IMG/VR virus record: IMGVR_UViG_3300028608_000012
Span: 13,792 to 77,791 of that record
Source of the DNA: a virus
DNA: 64,000 bases
Strand: one strand, 5' to 3'
A program made the position numbers and the translations under genes. Below, one piece after another: positions 50,896-59,413 of this stretch; positions within the stretch are counted from its first letter, which is position 1, and each line of letters starts with the position of its first letter. Under the pieces are notes generated by a model. It saw only the letters and a program-made list of their open reading frames with translations. It ran no database searches and had not been told where the DNA came from.

Positions 50896-50906
50896 CACCG
50901 TTCTAA

Positions 50907-50945
50907 CAGGCCTGGGGGTAACACCCTGGGCCTGCTTTATTTTTG
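50907..50945 (+). terminator. Intrinsic terminator
   Basis: CAGGCCTGGGG...CCCTGGGCCTG followed by a T-tract. Confidence 0.75.
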
Positions 50946-50976
50946 TAAGGTGTATATTTTTTAATGGGGATTTATC

Positions 50977-53900
50977 ATGGAAACAGTTGATGACGCCAAG
51001 GTAGAAGACTCTACCCTCAAGTTTGCAAAAGACCTCATGAACTACCTGGGTGCACAAAACCTCCCGCGTGAATTGATCGACGACCGTAAGCGTCGAGTGG
51101 ACTGGGAGAAGCGTACTGAAGATGAGTTGGTCATGGCTCACTTCGATGAAGACAGTCTGTCGAAGATCAAGACCGTTCGTTTCCTCAAGGACTTTGCTCG
51201 CTACAAGGCACAGCCCGACCTCACCACCAAGAACACCAGTTTCCTACGTACTGCTGAGATCTTCCGGCAACAGGGGATCAAGAACTACTACTTCCTCCTG
51301 CAACTGAACAACCCGGCACTGCAAGGTGTTGATCCGTATGACGAAAACCTGACCAACGAACAGAAGGTCATGATCATGCACGAATCGGAGACCAACTTCT
51401 GGTACTTCCTTCGTGAGGTCTGTAAGCTGCGGGCGGATCGTCAGTTCTTGGCGAACCGGGGTAACATCAGTTTCATCTGGAACTACCTGAACCACATTAC
51501 TCAGTACATGATCATGCCTCGTCAGCAGGGCAAGTATCAGGATGACAACAACAAGGTTCGTATTGCCACGCCTGACGGTCATGTGAATGGTCCGAATGAT
51601 GCCTGGGTGCGGATTGGTGATCTCAAAGCCGGTGATGAGGTTATTGACCGTTATGGTAAGCGGTCTACCGTTATCGGTATTCACCCTCAGGGCGTCAAGC
51701 GACTGTACCGGGTGTACGCCAGCGATGGTCGTTATGTGGATGCAGGTCCTGAGCATCTCTGGACAGTGGCTGACCACAGCCGTGCGGTCAACGATGACCC
51801 GATCTGGGATGACTACACCACTGCTGAGATGATCGAGAAACTTAAGGTTGATGTAAAGCTTGAGTTCCCGTTGATTGAAGCGGAGCAAGGTGTCAAGAAG
51901 AACTTCGTGGTGGACCCTTATGTCATGGGTACACTTATTGGCGGGGTAGCTATCGCCAGCGGGTTGCTGGTCCGTAAGGTCTCTGACGCAGCCGATGCGT
52001 ACCTGATCGAAAACATGCCAAAAGGCATGGAGCTGGAATGCACCGGTAACCGTCGTGTTATCAAGAAGACCGAAGAAGGCAAGGATATTAACTTCGATTC
52101 TTTCCTGGGTCTCCCGGTTGGCTATCTGGAAGGGGCTCTGGAAGATCGCCTAGCGGTGCTACAGGCGTTTATGGATCAAGGGGTACTCAGTGAGGAGGGT
52201 GTGGTTTACAGCAACCCTAGCCGCCTTGTATGCGGTCATATCCAATACCTTGCTCGTGGTCTTGGCGGTACCGCTTCCAAAGTGGGTAGCAAGCTCACAG
52301 TAACCCTGCCTCACTCGATGCGGATGTTTAAATTCAAACACGTCGAGGAGGAGTCGGTCTATCCTAACCAGTTGTTTGTGGAGCGGATCGAGTATCAAGG
52401 CGAAGCCCCTTGCACTTGCATCGAGGTGGATAACGAGGATCACCTCTATGTCACCGATGACTTCCTGCTGACCCACAACACGGTGTCGGTCCAGGTGATT
52501 GCGTTCTGGCTGACGTACATCATGGGACGGGGATACAAGTCTCACCTCGTAACCCTGAAGTCGGATAACCGGGCTCAGTTCATTGACGCGATCAAGAAGA
52601 TCCGTACGTGTCTGCCGAAGTATCTGGTTAACCCAACCTGGAAGGACAAGGATGCGGGTAACTACCTGACGTATAAGGCGTTTGGGGAGGAGCACGTTAA
52701 CACCCTGACCATCTCGGTACCCCAGATGGGTGAAGATGCCGCAGGCGACCTTGGACGGGGTCTCACGGTAGGTACCACGAACTACGACGAGCCAGGTTAC
52801 ATCAACTGGATCGAGGCGATCATCAACGGATGCTCACCATCTGCTCTTACAGAGATGGAGATCTGTCGTGACAGCGGCATTCCTTACGGGATCAGTTATA
52901 TCACGACACCGAACACAACTCTTCACCCAAGTGGCGAGTTCATGTTCGAGAAACTAATGACGTCGACTGAGTGGCGTGAGAAGTTCTTTGACTCGTACAG
53001 CGAGAGTCATCTGAAGATGCGCTTGTTGAAAGCCTCTCCGAAGAAGACTACCTCGCCTTCTGTGGCTCTTGTGTATAACTACTTGCAACTGGGTAAAGAC
53101 AAGGCCTGGGTACGGGAGACCATCGACAGTCTGAACCTCAGCCTAGCTAAGGCTAAGATCGACTTGCTTCTGATGTGGGTTGAAGACGGTGAGAACCGTG
53201 TGTTCGACGATATCACTCGTGAAGCGATTAACAACGTGAAGCGGGATAAGGTTTGGAGTAAGGAGTATCGTGACAGTGGTCTGTTTATGGACTTCTTTGT
53301 CACGCAGCAGGAGCTGCTGGAGATGGCGAAGAAGAGCTACAACGACTTCTTCCTCATTGGGGTGGATACCTCGTCGGCTATCAACAAGGACGCCTGTACG
53401 TTGATTATCCGCAGTATGAAGACGGGCAAGGTGATTGGGGTAGGACGATACCAGTTGGCATTCCTGGATGACGTGACCGGCATTATCGTGGACATGTTGT
53501 CGACTCTGGAAAACAGCCTGCTGGTGATTGAGCGCAACTATGCTCACCACATGATCGACAACCTGCTGGTGATGCTGCCGGCTAAAGGGATGGACCCATT
53601 CACTCGCATCTACAACACGGTCTTCCAGGATCCTGTTAACCATGCGAAGGAATACGAGGCAGTTCAGCACACCAAGTTTGCCCACCGTAGCAAAAGCTTC
53701 TACCTGAAATACAAACAGTTCTTCGGGTTCGTGACGACAGCTACATCGCGTCAGGTCCTGTACGGTTTGATTCAGGAGGCTGTGGGTAACACAGGGTACG
53801 GCTTGAACTACGACAGGCTTGCTGATGAGCTTATCAACCTCAAGACACGGGGCGACCGAATCGACCACGACAGTAAGCAGCACGATGACTTGGTTATCGC

Positions 53901-54267
53901 CTGGCTACTGACTTACTGGTTTATCAAGCTGGGGCAGAACAAACCGATGTACGGGATTCCAACCGGGATTGCGTTGTCGGAAACACGTAACCTGCTCGAT
54001 GCCGGTAAGAATAGGAACGCTCCTGAAGTGGATCCAAGTGTTGTATCGTTCCTGGACAACATCAAGAAACGGGTAGCGAAGTTGACAGATGAGTTGTTGA
54101 ACACCAACGACAACATCCTGGCCATGCGACTGGAAGCTGAGATCAATAAGCTCAGCAGACTCCTTCCGGTTGAGACGGCTAAACTGTTGACCGTAGACAC
54201 CCTGATCGAAAACGCTAAGCTGGAACGTGCTAAGCGGATATTGCGAGAACGTAAACGCGCTGCATAA
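50977..54267 (+). CDS. terL: Terminase large subunit containing an intein (1096-aa precursor, ~781 aa spliced)
   Basis: NFWYFLRE; Walker A PRQQGK|T split by the intein; GRG; Walker B YDE; TTP; nuclease GVDTS and HDDLVIAW. Confidence 0.92.
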   Translation: METVDDAKVEDSTLKFAKDLMNYLGAQNLPRELIDDRKRRVDWEKRTEDELVMAHFDEDSLSKIKTVRFLKDFARYKAQPDLTTKNTSFLRTAEIFRQQGIKNYYFLLQLNNPALQGVDPYDENLTNEQKVMIMHESETNFWYFLREVCKLRADRQFLANRGNISFIWNYLNHITQYMIMPRQQGKYQDDNNKVRIATPDGHVNGPNDAWVRIGDLKAGDEVIDRYGKRSTVIGIHPQGVKRLYRVYASDGRYVDAGPEHLWTVADHSRAVNDDPIWDDYTTAEMIEKLKVDVKLEFPLIEAEQGVKKNFVVDPYVMGTLIGGVAIASGLLVRKVSDAADAYLIENMPKGMELECTGNRRVIKKTEEGKDINFDSFLGLPVGYLEGALEDRLAVLQAFMDQGVLSEEGVVYSNPSRLVCGHIQYLARGLGGTASKVGSKLTVTLPHSMRMFKFKHVEEESVYPNQLFVERIEYQGEAPCTCIEVDNEDHLYVTDDFLLTHNTVSVQVIAFWLTYIMGRGYKSHLVTLKSDNRAQFIDAIKKIRTCLPKYLVNPTWKDKDAGNYLTYKAFGEEHVNTLTISVPQMGEDAAGDLGRGLTVGTTNYDEPGYINWIEAIINGCSPSALTEMEICRDSGIPYGISYITTPNTTLHPSGEFMFEKLMTSTEWREKFFDSYSESHLKMRLLKASPKKTTSPSVALVYNYLQLGKDKAWVRETIDSLNLSLAKAKIDLLLMWVEDGENRVFDDITREAINNVKRDKVWSKEYRDSGLFMDFFVTQQELLEMAKKSYNDFFLIGVDTSSAINKDACTLIIRSMKTGKVIGVGRYQLAFLDDVTGIIVDMLSTLENSLLVIERNYAHHMIDNLLVMLPAKGMDPFTRIYNTVFQDPVNHAKEYEAVQHTKFAHRSKSFYLKYKQFFGFVTTATSRQVLYGLIQEAVGNTGYGLNYDRLADELINLKTRGDRIDHDSKQHDDLVIAWLLTYWFIKLGQNKPMYGIPTGIALSETRNLLDAGKNRNAPEVDPSVVSFLDNIKKRVAKLTDELLNTNDNILAMRLEAEINKLSRLLPVETAKLLTVDTLIENAKLERAKRILRERKRAA
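51535..52479 (+). mobile_element. Intein (315 aa, class-3-type W-C-T signature) with a degenerate LAGLIDADG domain
   Basis: Hint motifs IGDLKAGDEV, GPEHLW, CTCIEVD, LLTHN|T; inserted between K and T of Walker A. Confidence 0.9.
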
Positions 54268-54276
54268 AGACCTAAA

Positions 54277-54306
54277 CCCTAGAGCCCCCGCAAGGAGGCT
54301 CTAGGG
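54277..54306. terminator. Bidirectional hairpin
   Basis: CCCTAGAGCC...GGCTCTAGGG between convergent genes. Confidence 0.75.
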
Positions 54307-54312
54307 CAAGGG

Positions 54313-54993
54313 TTATGCATCGCCGTGAGTAACACTCAGTTCAGAGATGATCGAAACAGACCCATCACCTTCAGGAGTATCCTCGGAGTAATCGACCTGG
54401 TTGTACAAGCCACCGTGGAACTGCAGCAACTGATCCTGCCAGGAGCTGTCCAGACGCAGGGTAGTCTTGTAAGACCCGACCCCGTTGCACAGGACATTGA
54501 CCGAGACCGAACCGCTGGCGGTAACCCCAATGCTCAGCTTGAACTTAGCACCCAGTGGCACATCGTCGTGCAGGGTAAAGTTCAGGATCTCGGGATTGTC
54601 AAAGCTTTGGCGGAAGCCGGCTGTGATCTTGCCCTTGTTCCAGAACACCTTCAACGGTGGGGTGGTTGCGTTCTTGACGTGGATCTGACCGACAACAACC
54701 TTTCTCGCCCAGTTGACTTGTAGCAGTGTCATCTCTTGGCGGTTCCAGTGTTTGGCCGCACTGGCTAAAGACCAGTACCCATCTTCCTTCCATTCGCAAC
54801 GAGTGCGTTTGGTACTCTTGCTTGACGCTCCTTGAGTGGGTGCAGTTAACTGGATAGATCCATCCTCCAGTTGGCTAATCACGCTTGGACACATAACCAG
54901 GGCGTCAGCGCCCATGAGTTCAAGCGCTACCGGATTCGTTTCCGAAACAGGCAGAGGAGTAGCAATACGAAAGGGGGTAATGTCTACGGTCAT
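54313..54993 (-). CDS. Polysaccharide lyase family 7 (alginate lyase)
   Basis: PL7 motifs RCEWKE, GQIH, FHGGLYNQ. Confidence 0.85.
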   Translation of the reverse strand: MTVDITPFRIATPLPVSETNPVALELMGADALVMCPSVISQLEDGSIQLTAPTQGASSKSTKRTRCEWKEDGYWSLASAAKHWNRQEMTLLQVNWARKVVVGQIHVKNATTPPLKVFWNKGKITAGFRQSFDNPEILNFTLHDDVPLGAKFKLSIGVTASGSVSVNVLCNGVGSYKTTLRLDSSWQDQLLQFHGGLYNQVDYSEDTPEGDGSVSIISELSVTHGDA

Positions 54994-55078
54994 AGTAGTC
55001 TCACATTAAGCGGGGTAAATCCAACCACTCCCCTAGCCCGTGAAGACTAAGAGAGTGATTAGGTTGTGTTACATAAAA

Positions 55079-55528
55079 TTAGAACCACTCAGTGCGTTCG
55101 ATGACCACATTGAGACAGGTTTCCAAACAGGACAGCTGCGACTGCATAAGCTGTACTTCCCAAGGAGTAGAGATGAAATCATCCGTATCCTTGAGTTTGT
55201 CGTGGACCCTGATATCTTCCTTGAGTCTTGCGATCCAGTGCTCCAGCTGAACCTTCTCAGCGAAGACCTTTTGCTGCGCCGGGGTGAAGGTTCCCATGTT
55301 GCCCATTTTCAGGTAGGCATTTTCATGTTGTTCCTTCGGCGACCAGGAGATGTATCCTTCATGGTCAGGATGGTTGGGTTTTCCGCCATCCAAGTATTCG
55401 ACCAAATAACCCGCGTCAGCGCCATCCTCGTCAGCCGGAAGTTCCCAGCCCCGATAAGAGACATACTCCAAACGGGACATCGCTTTCGACTTGACGAGTT
55501 TCGTTCCTACGAAGTGTTGAAGATCCAT
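55079..55528 (-). CDS. Two-domain small phage protein: GTK..GYLVEY..YISWSPK domain plus a crAss001_48-like helical domain
   Basis: FVGTKLVK...GYLVEYLDGG...YISWSPK..AY; C-terminal QQKV..EK..L...L...Q......ER pattern. Confidence 0.7.
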   Translation of the reverse strand: MDLQHFVGTKLVKSKAMSRLEYVSYRGWELPADEDGADAGYLVEYLDGGKPNHPDHEGYISWSPKEQHENAYLKMGNMGTFTPAQQKVFAEKVQLEHWIARLKEDIRVHDKLKDTDDFISTPWEVQLMQSQLSCLETCLNVVIERTEWF

Positions 55529-55544
55529 GACTGGTCTCCGGTTC

Positions 55545-56111
55545 TCATGAGTTAAGTAATGGGGCTACCTCCCAAGGATGGGTATCACCCAGCGTGTAGT
55601 GCAGACATTTGAAGCGCGACATGGCGTCACCCATGCGACATGCACGTTCAGAAAACCGTTCAGCGTAATCTTCAACGATGCAGTCCTCCCCAAGCTTATC
55701 GGCCAGGATAACTCCGGCAGGATAAGCGACTCCGCCCAGGGATTGCAACATCTCGAGATTCTCCCTCAGCACTGTTTGAAACGAGTCATATCGGTAATCC
55801 ATCCACCGCATGTCGTGGATGATCCCTCCCCGGACCAAAATGATCTCGTACTCTCCCAGTCCTGGCAGAAGCGTCTCTTTGTAGAACTTTGAACGTGCAT
55901 CAAGCAACGCTGCAATCTTTGCCTCGTTGCTTTTCTCGGGATGAGTAAGAGTTAACCAGAGTTCCCTCTCTTCGAACAGTGCATTGTACCCAACTCCGAC
56001 GTCAGTACAGATCGCAACCTTCTTGCCTTGCAGGGTAAGTAGGTCATGTAGTTTCGCAATGCAAGCCGACACAGTTAGGTCTGACTGTCCATCAACGTTG
56101 AAGTAATGCAT
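55545..56111 (-). CDS. Degenerate thymidylate-kinase-like protein (188 aa)
   Basis: TMK-like layout, but the P-loop reads DGQSDLTV and DR is replaced by RG. Confidence 0.6.
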   Translation of the reverse strand: MHYFNVDGQSDLTVSACIAKLHDLLTLQGKKVAICTDVGVGYNALFEERELWLTLTHPEKSNEAKIAALLDARSKFYKETLLPGLGEYEIILVRGGIIHDMRWMDYRYDSFQTVLRENLEMLQSLGGVAYPAGVILADKLGEDCIVEDYAERFSERACRMGDAMSRFKCLHYTLGDTHPWEVAPLLNS

Positions 56112-56120
56112 TGTAACTCC

Positions 56121-57521
56121 TTACTCAAAATAGTCCTTGCTCAGGATACGCAGCACGATGTAGAGACACAGTGCGGTACGAACCAGTTGCACGGTTTGTT
56201 GGGTTTTAACGCCCGTTTGTTCTTTGACGATTTCGTCACCCAGGGTTCGGATAACCTTGACGGTATCGTTCTTGGAACGAGGAGCCCCGTAGGCACCACG
56301 CATCTTGATCAAGACGTCATACACGTTGGTTTTCTTAATACCATTAGTGTGCAGGTATTCAAACATGTGCTGAAGAACAGCGTCAGCAAACTGTTTGTAT
56401 TCCGGCTTCTTCGGGTTGTTGTACAACGTCGGGAACTTCTGGATCACAAAGGCCAGCTTGTCACGAGGGGTACCCTCTAGGGCATCCGCGGAGTACTTGA
56501 TCAACTCGTCCTTGTAGAACGAGGTTTCCTCAGTGAGGATCCGATCAAGGTAGAGACCGTACTGGGTGATCTCTTTGGTCTGAGACTTCAGCGCCAACTC
56601 ATCGCCAAGGTTAACCTTTGCCCCATCGATGCGGACAATGTTGGTTTTGTTCTTGACGTCGTGAAAGACTTTGTTGATGTCGTTGATTGCCCGACGCAGG
56701 CGGTTCTGGATATCCCCGACCATGTAGACGATTTTCTTGTCGTCATCCATTTTGCTGAAAGCGTCGTAGTGGATACCGGTTTTCGGGTTGATAATAAACT
56801 CAGCCCGAGCCTCGATCAGCATCCGCCAGCTACCGTAACGCTTGATGTCGTATTTCAGACTCAAGCGGTTGTAGGTTTCCAGTACCACTTCTTTCCGTGC
56901 CATAAACGGATAGTCGTTGTGAATGATGGAGGTCAAACACTTGTAGTGGTACATCGCCAGGATGTCGATCATCGCCTGATGCTTGGTGTCCTTGCTCAGG
57001 TTCGAGCGGTTCACCCGGTACAGCAGGTAAGGGATGGTCAGGTTGAAGGTATCGCCCACAACACTCCATTCCTTGTTCACCGCTTTGGCTGCGTGCAGGT
57101 TTTCCTTGAGTTCCTCTTCGTCAACGTCGAAGATCTCAGAGAACCACTGGTTACGGTCCGCAGTAGTGAAGGTGATCTTGTGCAAGCCGAGATACGGAGA
57201 ACCGAAGAACTCCATATGACTCACTACGCCTACGCTTCGAGTTACAAACGAATAGACGTATCGACGCAGGGCCTTTGCCCATTTCTCATCCACAACAAGA
57301 AAGTCACCAAACTTGTTGCAGATGTCGAGGATGGCGTTGTTACTGTCGAAGTTGATGCCCGACAGCAACGCCTCGGTACCCGATACCGACTGAACCTCTT
57401 CAGGAAACAGCGGGTACAGGTACAAACCATCCATCGATAGTTTGGAGTGTTCCTCCATGCCTTCGAACAGGCTGAATAACGTTTCGCCGTTAAGCACCGG
57501 CGGTTCAACGAAAAGAGTCAT
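56121..57521 (-). CDS. Conserved jumbo-phage protein (phiKZ gp32-like, 466 aa)
   Basis: FFGSPYLG and LSLKYDIKRYGSW motifs; gene order. Confidence 0.7.
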   Translation of the reverse strand: MTLFVEPPVLNGETLFSLFEGMEEHSKLSMDGLYLYPLFPEEVQSVSGTEALLSGINFDSNNAILDICNKFGDFLVVDEKWAKALRRYVYSFVTRSVGVVSHMEFFGSPYLGLHKITFTTADRNQWFSEIFDVDEEELKENLHAAKAVNKEWSVVGDTFNLTIPYLLYRVNRSNLSKDTKHQAMIDILAMYHYKCLTSIIHNDYPFMARKEVVLETYNRLSLKYDIKRYGSWRMLIEARAEFIINPKTGIHYDAFSKMDDDKKIVYMVGDIQNRLRRAINDINKVFHDVKNKTNIVRIDGAKVNLGDELALKSQTKEITQYGLYLDRILTEETSFYKDELIKYSADALEGTPRDKLAFVIQKFPTLYNNPKKPEYKQFADAVLQHMFEYLHTNGIKKTNVYDVLIKMRGAYGAPRSKNDTVKVIRTLGDEIVKEQTGVKTQQTVQLVRTALCLYIVLRILSKDYFE

Positions 57522-58369
57522 CAGAATCTCCTTGGTACGGCACGACGGACGGAGTCGGTCACTCGCTGACGGTCACTGTAGGCCATCCGTTTGGTCCATT
57601 CCGTGGTGAGGTATTCGTGGTAGTCTTTCCAGGCATCACGGTATTCCATGATGTCATCCTTGATGTCAGACAAACTGATACCGCTGCGGATGATGGCTTC
57701 CTGGGTAGGACGACGACAGGTGCGGTAGATGTGCGCTTTAACAGCCAACTCTACCAGGTGAGCAAAGTGTTCGTACTGCCGTTCAGGAATACTGCTCAGA
57801 CCCTCGTCGTATTCGAGGATCATCTTGGCCGACATCGAGTAGGTACCCGAGTTCAAACCGAAGATCACGAAGCAGTTGTTACCGGTCATGTGGATGTTGT
57901 TGTAGGTCACCGGCATCTGACGGTTAGAGCTGAGGCTGTCAATCAATGCCTCGGTCATGTCCGTGATGGAACCTTGACCACACATGTCGTTGGTGTTGGT
58001 GCTCATCCCCAGCATACCAGTCGACGAGGTCATCGAGCCGAGATACACCTCAGTAACCGAAATGATCTTGCGACCACCGGTAACGATATCGGGTACGTTC
58101 ACTTCAATACAGGCGTTACCCAGATCGCGGATACGCGCACCGCTCAAGTCAATGAGTTCGGTCTTACCGCCGTTCGCATTACAAGCCGGCAGTACGATAC
58201 GGTGGATCACTTTTTCACGGATACCCTGTTCCACGGTGGTGTGGTTAACCAGGTTGTACCAGTTGCCTGCGAAGTTACCGTTGGGTGATTCGAAAGCAAG
58301 TTTAAGAAGGTAGTCGTCGATGTCACAGTTGGTGACCCGATTGATGGCATAGTCCACCGCATTGCTCAT
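57521..58369 (-). CDS. Conserved jumbo-phage protein (phiKZ gp33-like, 282 aa)
   Basis: LVELAVKAHIY motif; TGATG coupling to the next gene. Confidence 0.7.
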   Translation of the reverse strand: MSNAVDYAINRVTNCDIDDYLLKLAFESPNGNFAGNWYNLVNHTTVEQGIREKVIHRIVLPACNANGGKTELIDLSGARIRDLGNACIEVNVPDIVTGGRKIISVTEVYLGSMTSSTGMLGMSTNTNDMCGQGSITDMTEALIDSLSSNRQMPVTYNNIHMTGNNCFVIFGLNSGTYSMSAKMILEYDEGLSSIPERQYEHFAHLVELAVKAHIYRTCRRPTQEAIIRSGISLSDIKDDIMEYRDAWKDYHEYLTTEWTKRMAYSDRQRVTDSVRRAVPRRF

Positions 58370-58551
58370 GATTGAATTCTCGGTGAGGTAATATGAAGGA
58401 GGTCATAGCATCGTATATCTTTTTTCATTTTTCGTTTTAGATGCTTTAGATTTAAGACCCATCGCCAGTCTACCATGTGGGGTACAGTGGGTAATGTTGA
58501 GAACGTGTCTCTAATCGTGTCTCAGGAGGTCTGAGGATACAGGTAGGATAT

Positions 58552-58568
58552 TCTTAGATCTACATTAT
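58552..58568 (+). promoter_or_regulatory. Possible variant early promoter
   Basis: TCTTAGATC-TACATTAT resembles the TAYATTAC motif. Confidence 0.4.
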
Positions 58569-58841
58569 CTGGGTGATCAGTAATCGAAGTATTTTCTTAC
58601 CTTTTTTCCCTAATCATATACGGAGAAAAATGGGGAGGGGGTCAAACAGTAAAACAGCAACTGTTTAGTAAAAGTGTTTAACTCAGTTGGCAACAAAGAG
58701 AAAGAACCTATTCTTAATAGTCCTTCTGTAGCCGATAGGCTATGGAGGGGTAAAGGGATATATACGCGTTATATCTAACTCTAGAACCCATATTCTAGAA
58801 AAACGAGTTGAAAGCGACACAGAACACATGAGGAGTGACCT

Positions 58842-59399
58842 ATGACAGTCGTAGCGTTTGATGGGAAGAAGATGGTGTCTGATTCGCAAGTGTCGTTGGG
58901 GACGACCGCGAGTCCAGGTGCATTCAAAAAGATCTATGAACCTGAGGAAGGTGAATACTGGGAGTGCTACGGTACCAAGGTACTGGCTTTCGGTGTCTCG
59001 GGGGATGGTAAGGCAATTGGCTACATCCGGGACAAGCTGTGTGAGGGTATTACCCACCGCACTCGTTTCGACGAAGTAGAGGAACTGGGGTTCGGTACTC
59101 TGCTGGTCCTGGAAGACGGTACCTGCTACCGCTGGCAAGCCAGTAAACGACAAGGTCGCCCACAGAACCAGGATCTGACCCAGTTGCTGCCACCTTGCAC
59201 TGTAGGGTCTGGCCACGCTTACGCATTGGGCGTACTGTCGATTGGTAAAGACATCGAAACCGCAGTCAAGTGCGCAATCAAGCTGGACAAATTCTCCGGG
59301 GGCGATTTGCAGATTTGGGAACTCCCTCCTAAACCAGCGATCAAATCCACCCGTCCGGTTATCCAACACACACCGGTTGCCGAAACACCCGCAGCCTAA
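58842..59399 (+). CDS. HslV/proteasome-beta-like Ntn hydrolase, paralog 1
   Basis: Thr1 after Met; SDSQ, KKI, GSG..YA.G, D..SGG; GAGGAG RBS. Confidence 0.8.
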   Translation: MTVVAFDGKKMVSDSQVSLGTTASPGAFKKIYEPEEGEYWECYGTKVLAFGVSGDGKAIGYIRDKLCEGITHRTRFDEVEELGFGTLLVLEDGTCYRWQASKRQGRPQNQDLTQLLPPCTVGSGHAYALGVLSIGKDIETAVKCAIKLDKFSGGDLQIWELPPKPAIKSTRPVIQHTPVAETPAA

Positions 59400-59413
59400 C
59401 CAGGGAAACAGTT

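Noticed and set aside
42188-58369. Tube-sheath-terminase block ordered differently from phiKZ numbering
   Set aside because: It matches the SPN3US-type arrangement as I recall it, so it is probably not novel.
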